DNA of 27,979 nucleotides from an uncultured Vicinamibacteraceae bacterium. Its GTDB lineage: Bacteria; Acidobacteriota; Vicinamibacteria; Vicinamibacterales; UBA8438. The position numbers were made by a program, and so were the translations under genes. Location: positions 1-27,979 of the forward strand of contig CAZWKO010000001.1 in NCBI GenBank assembly GCA_964634925.1. The letters run 5' to 3'. The notes below the pieces were generated by a model. The model was not told the DNA's origin, did no database searches, and saw nothing but the letters and a program-made list of their open reading frames with translations. Below, piece by piece: positions 15,630 to 23,232 of the stretch. Position 1 is the stretch's first letter. The number at the start of each line of letters is the position of its first letter.

Positions 15630-17714
15630 CTATGGCAACGTAAAGGCAACCAATTCCGCGATACGCTCTTCATCCAGCGCCGCCACAACGATGTGCTGTT
15701 GGCCGTTCGCCATGTATGTGATCGGAAATCCGGTCGTTGGTCCACCTGGCAGTTGAAGCTCGTGGACGATCTCGCCCGTCCGTTTGTCATAGGCACGGAG
15801 AACCGGTGCACCCCGAGCTCCCTCTCCAGCAAACAGTAGCGTCGACGTCACTAACAATCCTGAACTCTGCGTTAGGGTTCCCGTCTTCGGTATATCAACA
15901 CCCTGGAGGTCAGGATGTGCCTGGATATAGCCTGGCGTCTCACCGTGCGGAATCTGCCAAATGATTTCGCCCTCGGTCAGATCGATCGCAGTAATGCGCC
16001 CGTAAGGTGGTTTGATGAGAGGAAGGTCACGCACAGTCGGCACACCCGATGCGGAAGAAATATGGTAGCGAACTCCAGTTCCTTCCGAGCCATCGATTAA
16101 ACCAAACAACGACGGCCTCGTGACCGATGGAACGAACAGGATGCCCGCGTCAGCATCAACTGCACCACCCGGCCAATTGACACCGCCACCCGCACTGGGA
16201 AGCGCGATGGTTCCTCGATTACCATTTGGCTCTTGCAATGTCGGCGGCGTATAGATGGGCCCCAGTGTGTAGTTCTCAACAATCTGTAACGCCTCGGCTC
16301 GCAGCTCAGGGGTAAAATCGATAAGATCATCCTCACTCACGCCTTGGCGTTCAAATGCTGGCGGCTTGGTGGGAAAGGGTTGCGTGGGCGACGTCCACTC
16401 CCATGGCACCTCAGATGGCGGTACAGGTCGCTCCTCGATCGGCCAGACTGGTTCACCTGTCTCACGGTTAAGTACGTATGCAAATCCCTGTTTCGAAAGC
16501 TGCACCAAAGCCTTCACCACGGCACCGTCGACCGTGATGTCAACAAGAATAGGAGCGGTCGGGATGTCGTAGTCCCACAGTTCGTGATGGGTGAGCTGGA
16601 AATGCCACACCCGTTCGCCGGTCTCCGCATCAAGGGCGACCACAGAGTTCGCAAAGAGATTATCTCCCGGTCGATAGCCCCCATAATAATCGTTGGTCGC
16701 TGTCTCAGTCGGCACGTAGAACATGCCGAGTTCTTCGTCGACCGTCACAGGGGCCCAATGCCCAATGTTGCCCGTGTACTTCCAGGAAGCATCAAGAAGG
16801 TCCGGCCGTTCTTGAACCCACGGGTGTGTTCCGGTCGCGACTCTCCAGAGTTCCTCGTTCGCTTTCAGCCAGGTGTCGACGCCGAACTCTCCCTCTTTTG
16901 GCACCGTATTAAACCGCCACAGCATCCGACCGGTTCGAGCGTCATAGGCCACCACGTCGCCCGGAATGTTCATCGGCCACACCTCATTAGGATTGCGGAT
17001 GTTCCGTCGATTAGCCCTCGTCGGTATGCTGCCGGTATGAAGCGAAATCGACGCCACCAACACATTTCCAATCAGCGCAGGCGGTGATGTGTTCGCCACC
17101 CGTCCCGCTCGTGTCGTTGCCGGTCGCTCTTCCCAGCGCAGGTCATCAATCATGTCAATGACGCCCGCCGTTCCGAATCCATCGACCAAGTCTCCTGTCC
17201 GCGCGTCGAGAGCGACCAACTGATAGCTCGGTGTGACCACAAAAATTCGATCATCTCCAGCCCCGTCTGTCCAGTAGGTCACACCACGACCGGCACTACG
17301 TGCCACGGGCTCGATGATGTCACCCCATCTTTGTTCGCTGTCGCCTGGACGCCAGCCCCAGATGGACTCACCGGTCGCGGCATCGAGAGCGATGACGTTG
17401 CGTTCGTTCCCGATGGTCGTATACATCACCCCATCGATTACCAAGGGACTGATCTGCGTCCGACCTGACGGCGGGGGCGTCCCCTGGTCCCGAGCACTCC
17501 ATCGCCACGCCACCTCTAGATCACCCACGTTGTCAGAATCAATCTGGTCAAGTGGCGCGTAGCGAGTGGCTCCCGCATCTGCACCAAACACGCCCCACTC
17601 TCCATTGGTGGCGCCAGACTGAGCAACTACACCAGCAGCGCCCAGACACACAATCGCCACCACTGCAGCGACGTAACGAATTACAGGGCGGCGCGTAGAG
17701 AGCAACTTGTGCAT
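15630..17714 (-). CDS. Soluble periplasmic PQQ-dependent dehydrogenase 2
   Basis: YAPLDQID, GRGVTYW, RPGDNLFANSVVALD, HHELWDYD, SKQGFAYVLNR, PFPTKP, GGVNWPG and KPPYGRITAIDL. GGAGG SD 6 nt before ATG 17714 (694 aa). Signal ending VVA|Q. Confidence 0.9.
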   Translation of the reverse strand: MHKLLSTRRPVIRYVAAVVAIVCLGAAGVVAQSGATNGEWGVFGADAGATRYAPLDQIDSDNVGDLEVAWRWSARDQGTPPPSGRTQISPLVIDGVMYTTIGNERNVIALDAATGESIWGWRPGDSEQRWGDIIEPVARSAGRGVTYWTDGAGDDRIFVVTPSYQLVALDARTGDLVDGFGTAGVIDMIDDLRWEERPATTRAGRVANTSPPALIGNVLVASISLHTGSIPTRANRRNIRNPNEVWPMNIPGDVVAYDARTGRMLWRFNTVPKEGEFGVDTWLKANEELWRVATGTHPWVQERPDLLDASWKYTGNIGHWAPVTVDEELGMFYVPTETATNDYYGGYRPGDNLFANSVVALDAETGERVWHFQLTHHELWDYDIPTAPILVDITVDGAVVKALVQLSKQGFAYVLNRETGEPVWPIEERPVPPSEVPWEWTSPTQPFPTKPPAFERQGVSEDDLIDFTPELRAEALQIVENYTLGPIYTPPTLQEPNGNRGTIALPSAGGGVNWPGGAVDADAGILFVPSVTRPSLFGLIDGSEGTGVRYHISSASGVPTVRDLPLIKPPYGRITAIDLTEGEIIWQIPHGETPGYIQAHPDLQGVDIPKTGTLTQSSGLLVTSTLLFAGEGARGAPVLRAYDKRTGEIVHELQLPGGPTTGFPITYMANGQQHIVVAALDEERIAELVAFTLP

Positions 17715-17736
17715 GGTTTTCCTCCAAAAAATTAAA

Positions 17737-19299
17737 TCACTGGTCAGCAGCAAGTCGACGTAGTAGTTCCATCGTGCTTTCGTGCGGTCCGGCATTCGCC
17801 CCACGCCCAAAACCTTGCCGCGCGAAATCAAATGGGGTCAATCCCCCTTCGTTCATCACCGCTAGATCAGCGCCCTGGACAACCAAGTACTCAACGACGG
17901 TGTCATACCCTCGACGCGCCGCTGCGTGAAGCGCGGTGTTGCCATCGGTATCCGCCGCATTAAGGTCTACGCCAAGCTCAACCGCCAGCGTGACCGCGGC
18001 AAGTGTCGTGGTCTCGACCTTGTCCCAATCAGGATCGCGCCGAGTGCTTCGGACCGGTGCGCTCTCGGCAATGCGTCCGAGCCGATCGACGGCAATGAGT
18101 GGCGCACGCCCGCCGAGCCCAACCGCTGCCATTAACGCGGTCGTGGGACCTTCCTCAATCATCCGACGATCTTCGGTAACCCCGAGAGATCCCGGCCAGT
18201 AACTTGGAGAATGCTGCGCATGTGGGTCAGCACCGAGTTCAGCGAGCTGATACATGATGTCCGGCGCACCGAAACGGGCCGCAAGCCAAAACGGCGTCGC
18301 TCCTACATAGGAAGGATGCAGATAAAAATCAACAGCATCCCGGCGAACAGGGGTAGCCCGTTCAACCGTCACGTTGGGGTCAGCGCCATGCGCAAGTAGC
18401 GTACGGACAAGGTCGTTGTCTTTATGCAGGATAGCAGCATGTAACGCGGTATAACCGGCCTCGGCTGCATCTGGGTCCGCCCCGCGTTCAACAAGATAGG
18501 ACGCCACCTCTCCATGCCCACTATGGGCCGCGACAACGACAGCACTCGTACCCACCGGCGCGAGATCATTAACATCAGCCCCAGCCTCAACCAGTAATCG
18601 GGCAGACGCGAGATCACCAACGCGTGCCGCAAATAGCAACGGCGTGTAGCCACCCTGCTGCTGCTCAGTCACATACTCAGGGCTCCATGGGTCCGGTGAT
18701 GTCTTGACCACCTCAGTCCACGACACCGTCCGAGTATCAACATCCGCCCCATACTCAAGCAACACTTCGACAACCGCGGCGTGGCGCTGCGCCGCAGCCC
18801 ACATGAGTGCGGTTTGACCACGCGCAGCAGTCACTTCAGTTCCGGCACCGGCTTCAAGAAGATGACGTACAACAGCAGCGTCACCACTCCGTGCTGCAGT
18901 CATCAATACCGTCTCGCCTGACAGAAGAGCCACATTCGGGTCGGCACCCGCGGCTAGCAGTTGGCGCACTATTACCAGACTACTGTTCTCAGCCGCACTC
19001 CAGAGTGGTGTCACACCGAGGTCGGTCGCCGCATTCACATCGGCCCCTGCAGCAATCAAGCGAGCGGCAATATTAACCTGGTCCCAGTGCACGGCCCAGT
19101 GGAGCGCGGTTGAACCATCTCCCTGGGAGATTGTGACGTCAACACCACCGTCCAGTGATACTTGAACACTCACCCAATCGGCATTACGAGCAGCATCCGC
19201 CACGGTCGGCTCAGCACGCTCAGCAGCAAATACGCTGACAGCGCCCAAGATTACGGCCGCGACGATCCATACACTCTGGAGTAAACGAGTCATTAGCAT
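17737..19299 (-). CDS. Exported ankyrin-repeat protein 2
   Basis: DGSTALHWAVHW, GETVLMTAARSGD, GQTALMWAAAQ, GYTPLLFAARVGD and DGNTALHAAARRG. Signal ending VFA|A. The start overlaps the DUF1552 stop (TGATG). Confidence 0.9.
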   Translation of the reverse strand: MLMTRLLQSVWIVAAVILGAVSVFAAERAEPTVADAARNADWVSVQVSLDGGVDVTISQGDGSTALHWAVHWDQVNIAARLIAAGADVNAATDLGVTPLWSAAENSSLVIVRQLLAAGADPNVALLSGETVLMTAARSGDAAVVRHLLEAGAGTEVTAARGQTALMWAAAQRHAAVVEVLLEYGADVDTRTVSWTEVVKTSPDPWSPEYVTEQQQGGYTPLLFAARVGDLASARLLVEAGADVNDLAPVGTSAVVVAAHSGHGEVASYLVERGADPDAAEAGYTALHAAILHKDNDLVRTLLAHGADPNVTVERATPVRRDAVDFYLHPSYVGATPFWLAARFGAPDIMYQLAELGADPHAQHSPSYWPGSLGVTEDRRMIEEGPTTALMAAVGLGGRAPLIAVDRLGRIAESAPVRSTRRDPDWDKVETTTLAAVTLAVELGVDLNAADTDGNTALHAAARRGYDTVVEYLVVQGADLAVMNEGGLTPFDFARQGFGRGANAGPHESTMELLRRLAADQ

Positions 19300-20636
19300 C
19301 ACACCTCAGACAACGTATCGATGGGAAGCCTATTTGTGCTCTCACCCAATCGTTCAAGAGGCATGTCGAGCTTGTCCATCAGGGTCATCAGCAAGTCAGC
19401 ATTCGACGTATCAGCGGGAAACCTGAGGTGCCGTCCCCCTTTGATCTTTCCTGCGCCCCCACCAAGAACAAGAAGCGGAAGATTCGTACCTGAGTGACTG
19501 GTACTGTTCGAGATGCCGGCCCCGTACAAGATGGTCATGTGGTCGAGCATCGTACCGTCACCGTCCTGCGCAGCGCGCAATCTATCCAGATACCCTGCTG
19601 TCAGCTCAACATGATAGGTATTGATCTTCGACATTAACGCCACACGGGCAGGGATGTTTTCATGGTGCGATAGAGGATGGTGAGCATCAGGAACCCCCAC
19701 TTGTGGAAACGGGCGTGTGCTTTGCTCCCTACCCATCATGAACGTCACCACACGCGTTAAGTCAGCTTGCAGGGCAAGAAACTGGAGGTCAAACATCAGT
19801 TGTAGATGTTCTTCAAATACCCGCGGCGGCCCAGACGGCTGCTCTGTAAACGACGGCTCAATGTCACGTTGTGCCTCAGCCAGTGCGATGCGCCTCTCAA
19901 CATCTCGGACGGCTTCGGTATATTCGTCGAGCCTCGCCCGATCACTCGTTCCAACCGCAATCTTAAGATCCGTTAATTTGTCGGTCACCGAGTCGAGAAT
20001 GCTTTGCTTCTCCTGGCGACGCTCTCGCCGGACCGCCGGATCAGCCGACCCACTATCCCCAAACAATCGCTCAAAAACAGCCCGCGGATTATTTTCCATC
20101 GGCAGAGGCGTGGTCGGCGTTCGCCAGGAGATCGTCTGCGTATAGGCACAACTCAAACCAGCCGTACACTGTCCAGCATTGGCGAACTTGTCTATTGCCA
20201 CCTCGAGCGAACCGAGTTGCGTCGTTTTCCCAAGTTCCCGAGCGAGGATCTGGTCCATTGACGTACTCGCAAGAACATCGGTCTCGTTTTCACCACCGCG
20301 CGGCGTTCCCGTAAGAAACGAGGCGGAAGCCCCAGCGTGCACGTAGTTCCATGACGATCGAAGTCCAGAAATGACGAGCAATTGGTCCCTGAACCGATCG
20401 AGCGGTGCAAGAATCGGACTTAGGTCAAAACGAGTTCCGACGACCTCCGGGGTCCAATAGGGCATTGCCATGCCGTTCGGCACATAGACCGCCTGGAAGC
20501 GATGGATCGGCTTTGCCGCTGTCTTCGCGAGCGCTGTCACAGCCGGCACCATCGCATCGAGTAGCGGAAGCCCCATTGTCACACCAAGACCTCGGAGGAC
20601 AGTGCGACGTGGAAGTGATTTCTTAGTGATTGTCAT
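19299..20636 (-). CDS. DUF1552 (HXXSHH family) protein, copy 2, twin-arginine-type signal
   Basis: LPRRTVLRGLG, YVPNGM, VHAG, CTAGLSCAYTQTISW, PRAVFERLFG and AHHPLSHH. ATG 20636 (445 aa) is 10 nt after the DUF1592 stop. Confidence 0.9.
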   Translation of the reverse strand: MTITKKSLPRRTVLRGLGVTMGLPLLDAMVPAVTALAKTAAKPIHRFQAVYVPNGMAMPYWTPEVVGTRFDLSPILAPLDRFRDQLLVISGLRSSWNYVHAGASASFLTGTPRGGENETDVLASTSMDQILARELGKTTQLGSLEVAIDKFANAGQCTAGLSCAYTQTISWRTPTTPLPMENNPRAVFERLFGDSGSADPAVRRERRQEKQSILDSVTDKLTDLKIAVGTSDRARLDEYTEAVRDVERRIALAEAQRDIEPSFTEQPSGPPRVFEEHLQLMFDLQFLALQADLTRVVTFMMGREQSTRPFPQVGVPDAHHPLSHHENIPARVALMSKINTYHVELTAGYLDRLRAAQDGDGTMLDHMTILYGAGISNSTSHSGTNLPLLVLGGGAGKIKGGRHLRFPADTSNADLLMTLMDKLDMPLERLGESTNRLPIDTLSEV

Positions 20637-20646
20637 AAAGTCTCTC

Positions 20647-23115
20647 TCAGTTCGCAGAAACAAGCGCGGCGTTGCGAGTCAAAAAGGCTGGACTCTTTAC
20701 AATTCCCAAAACGAGCGACGACCAACGATAGTCATCGACTGCCGCATCCTGCACAATCGCACGAACAGTTGGCTTATCGTAATACCCAAGCGCACGGCCC
20801 AAGGCATACGACAAAAGTTTTTCTGTCACCGTTGCGGCAAACTGCTCTGGCTGTTGAAGCAAAAGTGTGCGCAGTCCGGTCATCCCCTGCACCTCAACTC
20901 CATTTGGCATCGTGGCAGTGGCGTCGATTGGGTTTCCAAATTCATCAACATCACGCCAGGCCCCAAGACCATCAAAATTTTCAAGCGCAAACCCAGGCGG
21001 ATCGATCGTGGCATGACAAGCGGCACACGCTGGCGCCTGGCGGTGACGCTCAAGGCGGTCACGTACCGATGTCGTGTTTCCACCCTCTCCCCGTTCAGGC
21101 AATGGCGGTACATCAGCGGGTGGTGTTGGCGCCGGAGCCCCAAAGATCGTATCAAGCAGCCACTTTCCTCGCAGCACCGGCGATGTCCGAGTTGGGTAGG
21201 ATGAAATAGCTAACAATCCTCCATGCCCAAGTAGGCCGCCACGTTGTTCACGGTCCGGTACTGTCACTTTCCTGAAACGACTGCCATAGATTCCCTGAAT
21301 ACCGTAATGTCGTGCGAGACGCTCGTTGACGAACGTGTAATCCGCATCAAGTAGTTCAAGAATACTTCGATCCTCGTTAAGGGTACTCGACAAGAAACGA
21401 GTCGTTTCTTGATAGAACGCATCGACCAGATTGTCGTCAAAATCCGGGAACGGCACGGGGTCACCTTTCACATCTTCCAAGTTGCGAAGATGGAGCCATT
21501 GGACGGCAAAATCATCAACTAGCGATCGGGACCTCGAATCGTTAAGCATCCGATGGACTTGTACTTCGAGCTGACCAGGATCAGTCAGATTGCCCTGTTC
21601 CGCAATGTCCAACAACAGATCGTCTGGCAAACTGCCCCAAAGAAAGAATGAGAGTCGAGACGCAACCTCCATGTCGCTCAGTTGATAAGCACGTTCGGGG
21701 CCAACCGAGTCAGGATCTCGTTCTATACGAAGCAGAAAATCTGGGTCAACTAGTAAACGCTCAAGGGCAAGTTGAATGCCTCGGTCAAAGCTACCGCCAT
21801 TCTCACGGCCACGATCAAAAAAACCAAGGAGCGTCGACAGATCGTCTTCGTTCACGGGACGACGATACGCTCGCCGCGCCAACCGCGACAGTATTGCTGT
21901 CGCGCAGTCTCGCTCCGCACTGACCGTCGTCGGTTGGCAGCTAAAAATAGCCATACGGCTCGCGGTCTGGCCGACGCCACCCGAAGCGTATGGGCCAGCA
22001 ATGGAAACCGAACTCACGGCGGCATTCCCATGATATGCCTCATCATTTGACAGCACCTCACCCACTTGATGCGGCTTGAGGATGCCCTCCGGCTCCCAGA
22101 GATCACGAACAAACGACACGCCCACAACGCGTGAGCCGGCTGCAACGGGAATACGCACTTCAAGGTCTTGGTCGGCATTGAGGACATATGCTTCCCACTC
22201 CGGCGCCCCCTTCTCTGCGATGGTAAAGGTCACTGGCGCGGCCCTAGCCGTTGTTCCGCCACCCACGGTAAAACGTTTCACGAGCACACCATCGATACGA
22301 ACGTCAAGTAACTGTTCGGTGCCCATCCCGAGAATGTAGTCCTGCCAGTTTGTTCGAAGATCTATCTTGAAGAGGTATTCACCGTCAACCGGGAAGTGGT
22401 ACTGGATGGCATGTCCACCACGTGAGCCCAGCGGCAGGTGTTCACTTTGGCGGTCGTCCTGTACGAGTAACAAAGGAACGTCAAAGGTCTCAAACTGCGG
22501 CGCGAGTGGAGCCACCCCAACCGCTAAACGAGAAATACGACGAGCAGCCGATAAGTATCGCTCAAGCTGAGACGTCGTCATCGACAATACATCCGCGTTG
22601 TTATCGAAACCAGTATCAGAAGTCTCATCACCTGGCAGCAGTAAATCGACCTCGATATCAACCGCGAGCAGATCCCGGATAGCATTCCGATACTCCGTGC
22701 GATTTAGTCGGTGTGTTGTACTCGTCCGACCTGGGTTCGGACTTAACGCAGCTGCCTGATCAATTGACGCTTCAAGCCGACTGGCTACGGCATGGTAGGT
22801 CTCAACATCAGGACGTGGGCGACCCGCCGGTGGCATTGCACCACTTCGTAACTTCAAAATGATCCGCTCCCACACATCGGCATCATCGCTGGGATTACGG
22901 CCGTCCAAACGATCGAATGACAGGCCGGCAGTTTGAATGCGATCGTTGTGACAGGATGAGCAATAGCGTTCTATCAACTCCTGCGGACCAGTGACCTCTT
23001 CAGATGCCTGTGCCCACACGGGGGATTGCGTGGCACAAACGAGCAGGAAAGTCGTACTCACCTGTAATTTCCCACCACATAAAACACCGTGTAGCTGTCG
23101 TATCAACTTTCTCAT
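20647..23115 (-). CDS. DUF1592/PSD-family diheme cytochrome c, copy 2
   Basis: 822 aa. CSSCH...GAMPP, HRLNRTEYRNAIRDL, GFDN, RRAYRRP, EVASRLSFFLW, RTSPVLRGKW, CAACH and KLLSYALGR. Signal ending VWA|Q. Confidence 0.92.
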   Translation of the reverse strand: MRKLIRQLHGVLCGGKLQVSTTFLLVCATQSPVWAQASEEVTGPQELIERYCSSCHNDRIQTAGLSFDRLDGRNPSDDADVWERIILKLRSGAMPPAGRPRPDVETYHAVASRLEASIDQAAALSPNPGRTSTTHRLNRTEYRNAIRDLLAVDIEVDLLLPGDETSDTGFDNNADVLSMTTSQLERYLSAARRISRLAVGVAPLAPQFETFDVPLLLVQDDRQSEHLPLGSRGGHAIQYHFPVDGEYLFKIDLRTNWQDYILGMGTEQLLDVRIDGVLVKRFTVGGGTTARAAPVTFTIAEKGAPEWEAYVLNADQDLEVRIPVAAGSRVVGVSFVRDLWEPEGILKPHQVGEVLSNDEAYHGNAAVSSVSIAGPYASGGVGQTASRMAIFSCQPTTVSAERDCATAILSRLARRAYRRPVNEDDLSTLLGFFDRGRENGGSFDRGIQLALERLLVDPDFLLRIERDPDSVGPERAYQLSDMEVASRLSFFLWGSLPDDLLLDIAEQGNLTDPGQLEVQVHRMLNDSRSRSLVDDFAVQWLHLRNLEDVKGDPVPFPDFDDNLVDAFYQETTRFLSSTLNEDRSILELLDADYTFVNERLARHYGIQGIYGSRFRKVTVPDREQRGGLLGHGGLLAISSYPTRTSPVLRGKWLLDTIFGAPAPTPPADVPPLPERGEGGNTTSVRDRLERHRQAPACAACHATIDPPGFALENFDGLGAWRDVDEFGNPIDATATMPNGVEVQGMTGLRTLLLQQPEQFAATVTEKLLSYALGRALGYYDKPTVRAIVQDAAVDDYRWSSLVLGIVKSPAFLTRNAALVSAN

Positions 23116-23174
23116 GCTTCACTTATCTAAGGTGACCTTTACAACACCTATAACGAACCAAACTATCCTACCGT

Positions 23175-23209
23175 TGACTATCGAACCCGACAAATCATTT
23201 CGGTAGTCA
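23175..23209. repeat. 11-bp inverted repeat TGACTATCGAA-N13-TTCGGTAGTCA (10/11), bracketed by GAACCAAA direct repeats at 23155 and 23212
   Basis: Read directly from the sequence. It lies 24 nt past the stop of the upstream minus-strand gene. No U-tract follows it on the minus strand. Confidence 0.4.
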
Positions 23210-23232
23210 TTGAACCAAAGCGTTACAGATAA

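Noticed and set aside
1-19299. Ankyrin and NHL genes as eukaryotic-like symbiosis effectors (sponge-symbiont signature)
   Set aside because: Operonic coupling to redox genes is a simpler explanation, and nothing in the window indicates host association or a secretion system.
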